A stretch of DNA of 57,044 nt from Cyanobacteria bacterium P01_G01_bin.38 (GCA_039180385.1 JBCDDJ010000001.1:1-57044), one strand, 5' to 3'; shown: positions 1 through 9,195, counted from the first letter of the stretch. The notes: generated from the letters alone by a model not told the origin. Numbers and translations are program-made.

Positions 1-81
1 CTGTTCGCGAAGCTGTATTGCCCGCTGACGCAGGTAGTTCTGAGTTTCTATCGATAGATGTCTGCCGTCAGGTTCTTTCAT
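1..81 (-). CDS. partial CDS (first 27 codons; gene runs off the left edge), possibly an HTH/IS630-like transposase N-terminus
   Basis: ATG at 81..79 on the minus strand, open to the window edge. Translation MKEPDGRHLSIETQNYLRQRAIQLREQ resembles, from memory, winged-HTH transposase N-termini. Too short to be sure. Confidence 0.3.
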   Translation of the reverse strand, partial: MKEPDGRHLSIETQNYLRQRAIQLREQ

Positions 82-166
82 CTATAACAGGGTTAATAAT
101 CCCCTCTATTGTATCGCCCCTATTTCATTGCCGGGGTAATATGGTCAACTAAGGAGGGCAAAGATT

Positions 167-343
167 ATGCCAAGGCTCATTGGAAAACAGTCAAACAGTA
201 GCTGGTATGTCGGTCTATTGCTGATCGTGGCGATCGCCACAGCCGGATCGTTAGAAGTGTTGGGATTTATCAACGTCATTCCCGGCTTTGGTTGGGACGA
301 TCGGCTGAATGACCAGCCACAAACACCATTCCGCGATTGGTGA
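167..343 (+). CDS. small hypothetical membrane protein (58 aa)
   Basis: ATG at 167 preceded by AAGGAGG at 151-157. MPRLIGKQSNSSWYVGLLLIVAIATAGSLEVLGF... has one hydrophobic helix. It falls below the 60-aa cutoff of the ORF track. Confidence 0.4.
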   Translation: MPRLIGKQSNSSWYVGLLLIVAIATAGSLEVLGFINVIPGFGWDDRLNDQPQTPFRDW

Positions 344-411
344 TGGCTAGCAAATTGACTAGACTACAGGCTCGTTAAACATTGCAGTTAATGCAGAGGA
401 CTTTTTAAGCC

Positions 412-1947
412 ATGTATAAAGGAAGAGAACTCATCGGCAAGCCTGTTGTCTCTTATGATGCAGGTGAAAAATTTGATATCGTAGAAGACTTGATTTTTGA
501 TCAAGACAGTAACCAACTACTTGGGCTTCTGGTGCAAGAGTCGGGTTGGTTTAAAGGCGCTCGCATCTTGTTGCTCAAAGATGTGAAAGCGATCGGCCTC
601 AATGCCATTATTGCAACCTCCAAAGAGACGATCGCTAGGGCTGGAAAACTGCCCGCAATCAGCCGCATTTTAGAGCACAATACCATCCTCAAAGGAACTC
701 ACATTATGACGGTGAGTGGACGCGATCTTGGGGTTGTGGTTGACCTTTATTTTGATGAGAAAACCGGCCATATTGAAGGTTACGAGGTGTCTGGAGGACT
801 ATTCGCTGATGCCTACTCGGGTCGTTCCTTTGTGCCTGCTCTGCAAACCTTGAAGATCGGCAGAGATGTGGCGTTTGTGCCCACCCAGACTGCCCAACTG
901 ATGGAAGAGCAAGTTGGCGGCATTAAAGCGACGATGCAGACAGTCAGCGACAAGTTTCAAGAAACGGCCCAGACTACTGGGGATCGGCTCCAAGAGTTTG
1001 GCCACCTTGCCAGTGAGCAAGTCCAGGAGACCGCTCAGATGACAGGGGCTAGACTCCAAGAATTTGGTCGCGTGGCGAGTGAGCAAGCCCAAGAGACCGC
1101 TCAGATAACAGGCGATCGCCTACAGGCACTGGGCCAAAATACGACCACCTCAATGACCAACGCGATGGTCGATCCGGCAGCGCAAAAAGCCTTTGCTATC
1201 GGTAAAACCGTTGACCATGATGTAGTTGACCCTGAGGGCGAATCCCTCGTGGGTCAAGGGGAACCCGTCACCCCAGAAATTGCTGATGCCGCCGATGCCC
1301 TGGGACTTTTGGATCAACTTTATCGAGCCACGGGAGGGAGTTTGACCGCCCCCCTCAGCGATCGCTTAGGACAGGCCGTGGCAGGTCTGGCGGTTGAGCA
1401 AGCCCAGGGGCGGCGATCGCGACAAGCCGTGCGCAATAATGAAGGTTCGATTATCGCCGCAGAGGGGCAAATTGTGACTGCGCAAGTCATCGAAAAGGTC
1501 AAAACCTATCACCAAGAGCCCGCTTTGCTGCAGGCGGTAGGCTTATCTGCCGGAGGTGCTTTACAGGATCGCACGGGTAGTGCCCTGACGTTAGCGGGCG
1601 ATCGCCTCAAAACAGGCAGCCACCATGCCGGAGCGCAGCTCCAAGCAGATGCCCGAAATGTTTGGGGAACCCTCAAAGAGACAGCCCAACGCCTCCAAAC
1701 CCGTAGCACCCGCGCCATTGAGGAAAAGCAAATTAAAGGTGCCCTCGGTCGACCCGTAACCCGCGTCATTCTCGACCAGCAGGATCAGGTGATTCTTAAC
1801 GTGGGCGAGTTGATTACCCACCAGGCGATCGCCAGTGCCCGCCAGGCTCAGGTGCTTGACCTGCTGCTTAACTCTGTTTACAGCGAAAAACCCCAACTCT
1901 CCTTAGATAATTTACGGGCACCTCAAGTGGGTAATGCCGCCCTGTAA
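412..1947 (+). CDS. PRC-barrel domain protein with internal 22-aa tandem repeats
   Basis: Two PRC-barrel-like segments (GRELIGKPVVSYDAGEKFDIVEDLIFD; GTHIMTVSGRDLGVVVDLYFDEKTGHIEGYEVSGG). About 2.7 copies of QETAQ.TG.RLQEFG..ASEQ. are encoded at roughly nt 955-1135. Confidence 0.7.
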   Translation: MYKGRELIGKPVVSYDAGEKFDIVEDLIFDQDSNQLLGLLVQESGWFKGARILLLKDVKAIGLNAIIATSKETIARAGKLPAISRILEHNTILKGTHIMTVSGRDLGVVVDLYFDEKTGHIEGYEVSGGLFADAYSGRSFVPALQTLKIGRDVAFVPTQTAQLMEEQVGGIKATMQTVSDKFQETAQTTGDRLQEFGHLASEQVQETAQMTGARLQEFGRVASEQAQETAQITGDRLQALGQNTTTSMTNAMVDPAAQKAFAIGKTVDHDVVDPEGESLVGQGEPVTPEIADAADALGLLDQLYRATGGSLTAPLSDRLGQAVAGLAVEQAQGRRSRQAVRNNEGSIIAAEGQIVTAQVIEKVKTYHQEPALLQAVGLSAGGALQDRTGSALTLAGDRLKTGSHHAGAQLQADARNVWGTLKETAQRLQTRSTRAIEEKQIKGALGRPVTRVILDQQDQVILNVGELITHQAIASARQAQVLDLLLNSVYSEKPQLSLDNLRAPQVGNAAL

Positions 1948-1962
1948 GGCAAAGGTCAGGAA

Positions 1963-2721
1963 TTGATATTAAGAGAGCATTCGTTCGAGTTCTACTGTCT
2001 GGCCTTTTTGGCCATCATCTTGTTCCGGTATTTTCTGGTCGCGGGCAGCACCTATTGGTTCTTTTATTCGCCGTTCAGTGCGTCTTTCATGAATCCCCGG
2101 GTGCCCCATCGACAGCCCTCCTGGCGGATCATTCGCCATGATATTAAGCTATCGGTGATCTCAGCCGGGGTGTTTGCGTTGGCTGCCTCAGCGGTGCTAA
2201 CTGGTTATGGACAAGGACTCACCCGCTTATACAGCGACCCTCAACAATACGGACTGTGGTACCTAGGGGTGAGCTATGGGTTAGTGCTGGTGCTGCAAGA
2301 CACTTACTTTTATTTCACCCATCGCTGGTTTCACCACCCTAAACTCTTTCGCTGGTTTCATCAGGGGCATCACCGATCGCGCTACCCCACTCCCTGGACA
2401 TCCTTTGCGTTTGATCCGTTCGAGGCGATTGGGCAGTCCCTTTTTCTGCTTGCCATTGTGTTTGTGGTGCCGTTGCATTTCGTTACCTTAATCGCCACAC
2501 TCACTACGATGACGGTGTGGGCCGTACTGACCCACTTAGGGCTTGATCGTTTGCCCGCCCTATTTCCTCACCATTGGCTAGGTCAATGGGTGATTGGGCC
2601 AGCTCATCATTCCATTCATCACCTCAAATACACCGTGCATTACGGGCTTTATTTCACTTTCTGGGATAAACTCCTGGGTACTCAAGACACTGACTATAAA
2701 AAGCTGATGACGGGTCTTTAA
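1963..2721 (+). CDS. fatty acid hydroxylase / sterol desaturase superfamily membrane protein
   Basis: Histidine boxes HRWFHH, HQGHHRS and HHSIHH, plus several hydrophobic helices. The TTG start given by the ORF track is uncertain. Confidence 0.8.
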   Translation: MILREHSFEFYCLAFLAIILFRYFLVAGSTYWFFYSPFSASFMNPRVPHRQPSWRIIRHDIKLSVISAGVFALAASAVLTGYGQGLTRLYSDPQQYGLWYLGVSYGLVLVLQDTYFYFTHRWFHHPKLFRWFHQGHHRSRYPTPWTSFAFDPFEAIGQSLFLLAIVFVVPLHFVTLIATLTTMTVWAVLTHLGLDRLPALFPHHWLGQWVIGPAHHSIHHLKYTVHYGLYFTFWDKLLGTQDTDYKKLMTGL

Positions 2722-3106
2722 GTGTGCGGAGCGATCGCTGAGACTGCCGCTATGGGTTCGCCGACCATGACTCGTGATAGAGATGCAGAACAGCATTGGG
2801 AAAAGGAGCCGGGGAGCGCAGGGAATACCAGCTTTTGCGGTGCTTTACGAGCGATCGCGCTTGCCATTCTATAGGGCTGGTGTTTCCCCAGTAAGCATCG
2901 CGCTTTGATCAACGCTGCACGCCCAACTCATCAGGTAGTCAAGTGTTGCGTTGCATCTAAGCAATTCAAGCAATTCAACCCGCAAATAGAACAGCCATCT
3001 CTCACACTGTAATAAAAGACGATCTAATCATTTGGCTCAATCCGTTTTCCGCAAAATGCACTGTTTATTGACTCGCTAATTTCAGCCCCTCTTTAGGTCT
3101 TACCAT

Positions 3107-3592
3107 ATGAGCATTATCCTACAGTCGATTGCCCGTGCTGATGCAGAGACTCGCTATCTGACTCCCGGAGAAATAGATCAGATCAAAGATTTTCTAATGA
3201 GTGGCGATCGCCGCTTGCAATTAGTTAAAGCATTGACAGAAAGTCGTGACTTTATTATCAAAAAAGCGGCCAATAAATTGTTTCAGGGGCGGCCTGATTT
3301 AGTGTCACCTGGCGGTAATGCCTTTGGCAAAGAAATGACCGCCACCTGCCTGCGGGATATGGATTATTATCTGCGTTTGGTCACGTATAGTGTGGCAACT
3401 GGCAATGCCACGCCCATTCAAGAAATTGGAGTGATCGGAGCACGTCAAATGTATCAATCATTAGGCACACCGCTTAATGCTATAGCCGAGAGTGTAGGTA
3501 AAATGAAGGCGATCGCTATCTCCCTCGTGTCGGCGAAAGATGCTGATGAAGTCGGCACTTACTTTGACTATTTGATTAATGCCCTGCAATAA
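3107..3592 (+). CDS. allophycocyanin alpha-subunit family phycobiliprotein (orphan; no apcB partner nearby)
   Basis: 161 aa, colinear from memory with ApcA: MSI..., [34 protein letters not shown] (bilin-binding Cys present), [18 protein letters not shown]. Confidence 0.85.
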   Translation: MSIILQSIARADAETRYLTPGEIDQIKDFLMSGDRRLQLVKALTESRDFIIKKAANKLFQGRPDLVSPGGNAFGKEMTATCLRDMDYYLRLVTYSVATGNATPIQEIGVIGARQMYQSLGTPLNAIAESVGKMKAIAISLVSAKDADEVGTYFDYLINALQ

Positions 3593-4236
3593 CGCATCCT
3601 CAAATCTAATCATTGCAATTCGCTGATCCAAGTTTAACAATAGCGAATCTTGAGCTAGCACATTTTTCCTGTCGTCATCATGCCAAGATCGGACGAGGCT
3701 GTTGACTTCACTTAATTCACTTAGAGAATCAAACCCTGACCCGCCAGAGTGAAATTAGTCGTCTCTAATTTCACTTATGCAAGCTGAGGAGTTCTCCCCA
3801 TTACTCAAGACTTGATTATGAACCTAGAGGAATACGAGCAAACTGCGGCCAAAGATATTTCAGGAGAAATTCCAGACACTGCAGGTGCAGGTGATTTAAG
3901 CAACGCTTATAACATGCAGGAAAGTGACCCAACAGGAATCAAAATAAGACGAGCAGCTGAAGACTTAAAAACAAGGCTACGAGAATTACTGATTAGTCGT
4001 TTTCTATCCTAAAGATAATAGATTATCCAATCCTTGGAGGAATAATCTGAAGAAGGAAGCTTCGCTTTGCGGCTCTCATTGTTAGTGCGAGCATCAATCT
4101 TTTGTTATCTCGTGAAGAGATACTTCATTCTGATACAAATCAATCAAATCAAACGCTTTCGTATACCTCTTTAAAAACCAACTGATAGTAGACTCTGCAG
4201 TAGCCAGAAAGAAAACTCTGCACCTTGGGCTAAAGC

Positions 4237-4644
4237 ATGACTTATTTACTATCTCTTTTAAGAAGCGAATTGCCTTCAACAGTGGGATTGCCTTTAGAGA
4301 AAGAATTCAACTCCCTTTGTTACTATGCCAACGATACAAAATTTGCTCAAAATATTCGAATGATTGCTGAGCATGAATGCGTCTTTGATCATCTTGTCTT
4401 TTCTAGGGAGCGCATATTATTCGAAGCTCCTTCCAGAGCTTATATACAAGTAAGCACTTTTCTTTTAGATAGCGTAAAAACGAACGAACTTGAGTGCCAA
4501 TGGTTGCGCATTGCTGAGAAACGTGATTCTGAAAACGACGTTGACGATCGTTTGTCTTCTATCAAGTCAACCCTCGAGCGCTCAGAAACCTCAAACACCT
4601 TCTGCGGCGAAGCGTATAGAAGTCAAAGCAAATCTACTAAATAG
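4237..4644 (+). CDS. hypothetical protein (AT-rich islet)
   Basis: ORF only. No recognisable motif. It overlaps another ORF at 4490..4747 in a different frame. Confidence 0.25.
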   Translation: MTYLLSLLRSELPSTVGLPLEKEFNSLCYYANDTKFAQNIRMIAEHECVFDHLVFSRERILFEAPSRAYIQVSTFLLDSVKTNELECQWLRIAEKRDSENDVDDRLSSIKSTLERSETSNTFCGEAYRSQSKSTK

Positions 4645-4739
4645 GCAGAAATCCTTTGACGCCTGCAGAATGAAACTTCAAAATAGAGCCGCCAGAAAGC
4701 AGACCGAGATTCAACTTATAAAGCCCATAGGAAGGCGTT

Positions 4740-5048
4740 ATGAATGATAACAAAACACAAAGTAAAGAACTTAAGTCTAATCAGCCAAATCACAGTGATG
4801 GTAGCGAATTAATTCCAGCTGAGGTGCAAGCTAATATGCGCCAAAATGATGAGAGTTCAGTTGATACGCCTGCTGTTTCAGGCTCTACCATAGACGATGA
4901 AGGTCGGCTTAATAATTTCGCAGTTGAACCTGAAGTCTATCCGTCAGAGTATCCTTCTCCTCACCAACAACGGCGCTATGTTTACTGGGGCATAGCGGCT
5001 GCTTTGTTAGTGGTTTCGCTAGTGCTGATTTCTGCTCTTGTGAGTTAG
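4740..5048 (+). CDS. hypothetical tail-anchored membrane protein
   Basis: GGAAGG lies a few nt upstream of the ATG. Polar N-terminal part, then a C-terminal hydrophobic helix YVYWGIAAALLVVSLVLISALVS. Confidence 0.4.
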   Translation: MNDNKTQSKELKSNQPNHSDGSELIPAEVQANMRQNDESSVDTPAVSGSTIDDEGRLNNFAVEPEVYPSEYPSPHQQRRYVYWGIAAALLVVSLVLISALVS

Positions 5049-5224
5049 GTTTGAGTCTCTTTGACCAATTCATGAAACAGTGATCTGATGAATGCAATCT
5101 TATGCAATGCAGAACATCGCTCAGATTTTAAGCCAATAGTGACAATTATCTGAATGCATCCACAACAGCATGATGGGCTGATTTATTAGTCTCCTCAACA
5201 ACAGCTCAAGCATGCGAAATAAAT

Positions 5225-5623
5225 ATGCTAAAGATAATCGATAAATTTGAAAAACTAATTGTCTATTCTCTAGTTTTCTTACTACTCACTTCCTTAATTC
5301 TAGGGACAATCAGTCTGGGCAGAGTGGTGCTAGAGGGCATCTTTGAGCCGCCCATCCTCTTAGTTGAACCCGATACCCTGTTTCAGTCTTTTTGACTTTT
5401 TCTCATCATTGTAATTGGGTTAGAACTTCTCAAATCTATCAAAAGCTATCTTCTATTCGGCGCGATTAATCCTGCATTTGTTATAGAAGTTGCCATTATC
5501 GCACTCGGAAATAAGTTGATCACGCTAGATATAACCCATGTCACCCCGGGTGTGCTGATCGGTATAGGCACTATTTTATTCGGGCTCTCCACGCTCTACC
5601 TCGTTCTTAAAACAGCTCTGTAA
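5225..5623 (+). pseudogene. PsiE-like (phosphate-starvation-inducible E family) membrane protein interrupted by an in-frame TGA
   Basis: Continuous frame MLKIIDKFEKLIVYSLVFLLL...TLFQSF*LFLIIVIGLELLKSIKSYL...ALGNKLITLD...LVLKTAL* with TGA at 5393-5395. Family-typical IGLEL..(S/T)IK.YL and LGNKLI.LD segments flank the stop. This explains why the ORF track has no entry here. Confidence 0.5.
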
Positions 5624-5722
5624 TGTTGTCGATTTCTCAGACTTGCAATCAGCAGTGGCAAGTTTGAACAGATCCTAATAGCATGACGAGCTAATTTCTC
5701 AACTCTTAACAGGTCAAATACT

Positions 5723-6277
5723 ATGAACGCTCAAGAAATTCTCGCCCTTTACGCCAATGGACATCGCGACTTTAGTCACGTCAGTTTGGTGCAGGTGTGC
5801 CTGACCAATGCCAAGCTCATTGGGGCTCAACTCGTTGGCGCTGAGTTGGTCGGCGCTGAGTTAGTCGGTGCTGATCTCACAGCAGCCCACCTCAATCAGG
5901 CCAAGCTCAATCAAGCTAACTTAGCCCATGCAGCGATGATTCAAGCCTGCTTAACTCAGGCCGATTTAAGCAATGCCGACCTGAGTGGGGCCAATCTGTC
6001 CCAAGCCGACCTGAGTGGAGCTGACTTAAGTAGGGCTAACTTAGGCGGGAGTAACTTATGCAAAGCGGATTTGAGTAAAGCCAATTTGAGTGGTGTCGAT
6101 TTGCGCTGTGCTGATTTAACCGGAGTTAATCTACGGGATGCCAACCTTAGTGATGCAGATTTTACGGGAGCCTACCTCGGTGAAGCCGATCTAACGGGGG
6201 CTAATCTTGAGGGCACCAATCTCGAAAAGGCTGGGCTAAGCCAAACTAAAATGCCTGACGGTGCGGTGCATGCCTGA
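5723..6277 (+). CDS. pentapeptide repeat protein
   Basis: Nearly the whole 184 aa consists of A(D/N)L.. pentapeptides (ADLSNADLSGANLSQADLSGADLSRANLGG...). Confidence 0.9.
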   Translation: MNAQEILALYANGHRDFSHVSLVQVCLTNAKLIGAQLVGAELVGAELVGADLTAAHLNQAKLNQANLAHAAMIQACLTQADLSNADLSGANLSQADLSGADLSRANLGGSNLCKADLSKANLSGVDLRCADLTGVNLRDANLSDADFTGAYLGEADLTGANLEGTNLEKAGLSQTKMPDGAVHA

Positions 6278-6796
6278 AGCTATCAATGCTTACAGCTTAA
6301 GCCACTTATCGGTTCCGTAGAAACGGTTTATTCTGTTCTCATCTGATCTTGCTAGGACTCCGCCAATCTGGTTTCGACAAGTAGTGGTAGACACTGTGCC
6401 GGTTTCTGACCACATGGTGCTGAGTGCGACCGATATGTCAGTACGCTACTTCATGATTGGCGATCGCCCTGAGAAAACTTTATTAATCGTTCTTCCAATA
6501 TCCTTGCTGCATGATGGCATGTTTCATAGGAGAAGGAGTTTGCCCCAAAAGCCTGCGTTTGGTTCAAGTAGTTAAACATCAACTATAATAAAAATATAAA
6601 CAGCGCCGACGCTACACATCGCGAGACAGCCGAAATGGATGTCAGCCCAGTTCTCAAGCATTTAGGACACAAGAGGAACTTCAAGTCTAAAGAGCAGAGA
6701 AGATTTGAGTTTACTCCACCAAAGATTTCTGAAAAATATAATCTACTCGGCATCGTTAATCTCATTCTTGAAAACACCCCAACTGGAATACCGGCG

Positions 6797-6997
6797 ATGG
6801 AGCGCTCGACCCAAAAAACAACTTCTACCAAGGTTGGCAATCTTCCTTTGAAAGAAAACCAGCATATCCAAATTTGGGGCTTTAACCCCAGTACTGAGAT
6901 ATTGAACGGACGTCTGGCGATGCTTGGCTTTGTGGCTGCCCTGCTGCTCGAATTCTTTTCTGGCCAGGGTGTTCTACGATTTCTTGATCTACTTTAA
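6797..6997 (+). CDS. high-light-inducible protein (HLIP / one-helix CAB family)
   Basis: C-terminal [24 protein letters not shown] chlorophyll-binding helix. I prefer the ATG at 6797 (66 aa) over the ORF-track start at 6635, because HLIPs are about 50-70 aa. Confidence 0.75.
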   Translation: MERSTQKTTSTKVGNLPLKENQHIQIWGFNPSTEILNGRLAMLGFVAALLLEFFSGQGVLRFLDLL

Positions 6998-7029
6998 AGA
7001 TCTGACTTTATTGGATAGTGTTGCCTGGC

Positions 7030-7037
7030 CTGCTTAA
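7030..7037. repeat. target-site duplication (left copy) CTGCTTAA
   Basis: Identical octamer directly abutting both IS ends. Confidence 0.8.
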
Positions 7038-8598
7038 CTGGACAGTCAAAAGTTTCTGTTGTGTTTTGCCGTTTCGATTAGGCGGCTAAAGTTTGTTCAT
7101 CAGGTGTTTGAGATGATCCCAGTTTAGCCACGAGGAATTTATTCAAAAGTAGAGCTGGTGTACTTTTGAATAAATTGACCGGATGTTGAGACTGGAGGGA
7201 GAGCCGGACAATCTGTTCGCTGGGATAGCCATGCTTGGGTAAGGTACGAAACCATACCGGGAAGTGAGCCCAAACCTGCTGGGGCATCTCCAGAGCGAGC
7301 ACTTGTAGCAAACCTAAAGCAATGGCATTGAGATTGATAAAGCGCTCAAAGGCTTCAACTTTGCGGGTAACTTGCCGTTGAAAGCTCTCAGGATAGTCCA
7401 CCAACGGCAGATTTTTAGGCCATCGGGCAGCTGTTGCCATGGATTTGAGCCAGAAGCGGTAGCCAAAACCGCCCAGCAGGTGAACGAGTGTTCGGAAGCT
7501 GACCTCAATTTTGAAGCGCCAGCCATACGCCTCAATCACCTGTTGACCAGTCAGGTTTACATCGCTAGAGAGTAAAATGATTTGCTTGCCGTTGGGCAAT
7601 TGAGTGAGCACAAACAAGACTAAAGCCTCGGCAGTGTCCCAGTAAAATTCAAAGCATTGATAGTAGACCGTCTCCTGCTGGCCATACAGCCATACCGAGG
7701 TCTTGAGGCATTCCTCGAGCGGGGCAAATAGGTCCCGTAATTTGACTTTCGAGCCCCATTTCCTGGGTCGTCCCGGTCCATGCTTGCCAGGCAAACGGCT
7801 AAAGGCAGCATGAACCACGGTTGTAATTCGTGCCCGACTAATCAGATACAAATCGTTCTCCCGGAACGGTTTCAAGACTTTGGTTGAGGCATAGTAGGCA
7901 TCCAAGACAACGTAGCTAGCCTCAACCATATGCTCGACACACAGGGTTGCCATTTTCTCCACCAGGGTGGGGGGCTCATCGATCTCAACCGCCTTAATCC
8001 CATCATCAAGTTTGAAGATAATCGGGGCAGCAAATAGAGCCTGACCTACTCCCAACAGCAAACCTAAGGCACTGAAGTAATGACCTCGAATCCATTCGGG
8101 CTTACTGACATCCTCGGATTCTTGGTGAAGTCTCTTGACCCCTGGCATCTTGCGACCTTCTTTACTCACTTTGATGCCATCGCCCACATACACCCGTTGA
8201 CCCTTTAAGCGACGAGTCTGGGGATGCTCCCTCAGCCAGCGACCCCAACGGTAGCATAGATCGTCAATCCTGAAAGCACTCGAACTAAACCAGTGAAGTG
8301 CTCGGTGATAAAAGCTTTCGCCCAATCCCACTGCATTCAAATAGCTGGTCACCGCAGCCGGTTGGGTCGTCAATAACACCCCCCACAGCAGGATGACAAA
8401 CCATTCGAAGGGAGCCTCTCGGCTAAAGGCTGGACGCAACTTTACAATGATTTGCTCTAGACGTTCATATAGCTCCATAATGGGACTGGCTGATGATAGA
8501 TACTTCAGCCAGTTTCGGACATTCCATGCTCTTTGGGCGTAGGAATGTTCTTTTTTATCCAGTCTCCTTTAACAGAAGAAAAACTTCGCACTGTCCAG
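7038..8598 (-). mobile_element. intact insertion sequence (IS4/IS701-like DDE transposase), 1561 bp
   Basis: Terminal inverted repeats: CTGGACAGT perfect at 7038-7046 and, reverse-complemented, at 8590-8598, extending imperfectly to about 25 bp. Flanked by the direct 8-bp duplication CTGCTTAA. Contains a single 466-aa transposase ORF. Confidence 0.85.
7078..8478 (-). CDS. DDE transposase (IS4/IS701-like)
   Basis: 466-aa ORF filling the IS. Typical size and composition of cyanobacterial IS4-superfamily transposases. The exact family is not resolved by eye. Confidence 0.75.
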   Translation of the reverse strand: MELYERLEQIIVKLRPAFSREAPFEWFVILLWGVLLTTQPAAVTSYLNAVGLGESFYHRALHWFSSSAFRIDDLCYRWGRWLREHPQTRRLKGQRVYVGDGIKVSKEGRKMPGVKRLHQESEDVSKPEWIRGHYFSALGLLLGVGQALFAAPIIFKLDDGIKAVEIDEPPTLVEKMATLCVEHMVEASYVVLDAYYASTKVLKPFRENDLYLISRARITTVVHAAFSRLPGKHGPGRPRKWGSKVKLRDLFAPLEECLKTSVWLYGQQETVYYQCFEFYWDTAEALVLFVLTQLPNGKQIILLSSDVNLTGQQVIEAYGWRFKIEVSFRTLVHLLGGFGYRFWLKSMATAARWPKNLPLVDYPESFQRQVTRKVEAFERFINLNAIALGLLQVLALEMPQQVWAHFPVWFRTLPKHGYPSEQIVRLSLQSQHPVNLFKSTPALLLNKFLVAKLGSSQTPDEQTLAA

Positions 8599-8606
8599 CT
8601 GCTTAA
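8599..8606. repeat. target-site duplication (right copy) CTGCTTAA
   Basis: Identical octamer directly abutting both IS ends. Confidence 0.8.
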
Positions 8607-8642
8607 TTCTCAGAACTAATTCAGGCAGTTTCAACAGATTCA

Positions 8643-8747
8643 ATGAATGTCAATCTCAGTTGGGTTGATTTGAAAGGAGCAAATCTGTCAAATGCAAATA
8701 TGAATGGAGGAAAAAGTCTAATGATTGGATGCATAACGACTTTATAG
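8643..8747 (+). pseudogene. short pentapeptide-repeat gene fragment (34 codons)
   Basis: MNVNLSWVDLKGANLSNANMNGGKSL... carries only 2-3 pentapeptide units and then terminates. Probably a remnant. Confidence 0.3.
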
Positions 8748-8951
8748 AATCAGCTAGTTATTTGGGTATTTAGCTGACTTCCTGTTTTTAGAAACTCTAG
8801 AGGATGAAGATTATGGCAAAAGAGAAAAAAGGCAACAGAGAGGCTAAGAAACCAAAATCGACTGCGAATGGTACCAAGAAGCAGAAAAAAGATCCCAAAA
8901 GATATGACGGTGTCATGTAGGCTGGTCACGTAACTTAAAGCAGAGCGACGA

Positions 8952-9083
8952 ATGTCTCTTGAGCAGGCTCAGGAATTTCTGATTGAGCAACATCGAAGCA
9001 TGTTAATTCAGAAGCTGATCTTCCAACAACTGTTAAAGCACGAGTGGAATTTAGACATTGATGTCGATCTGGTTGCTAGCTAG
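8952..9083 (+). CDS. NblA-like (phycobilisome degradation protein) short or truncated paralogue, 43 aa
   Basis: MSLEQAQEFLIEQHRSMLIQKLIFQQLLKHEWNLD matches from memory the C-terminal two thirds of NblA (...MS.DQAKDFLVKLYEQM......YQELLKHQWGLD). An in-frame TAA lies 6 codons upstream of the ATG, so the usual N-terminal helix is absent. Confidence 0.4.
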   Translation: MSLEQAQEFLIEQHRSMLIQKLIFQQLLKHEWNLDIDVDLVAS

Positions 9084-9195
9084 GTGCTTAATCCTTGCTC
9101 ATCTCAATGGTTAGTTTGAGCGTCTTTCGCCGCCAAACTGATCTGTATTTCATTCCTTTTTCGATTAAGTCCTGAGTGATTTGCATGAATTGAGG

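Noticed and set aside
3812-4279. 66-aa plus-strand and 61-aa minus-strand ORFs in the AT-rich islet.
   Set aside because: No motifs and no convincing ribosome-binding sites. In AT-rich DNA, ORFs of this length are only weak evidence.
6635-6796. N-terminal extension of 54 codons on the HLIP ORF, and the antisense ORF at 6583-6840.
   Set aside because: HLIPs are about 50-70 aa. The extension has no features and overlaps the antisense ORF. The internal ATG at 6797 is preferred, although the true start is unverified.
8813-8920. 35-codon Lys-rich ORF MAKEKKGNREAKKPKSTANGTKKQKKDPKRYDGVM.
   Set aside because: Such small basic proteins do exist, but the only support here is an ATG with a weak upstream GAGGA. 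That is not enough to report it as a feature.
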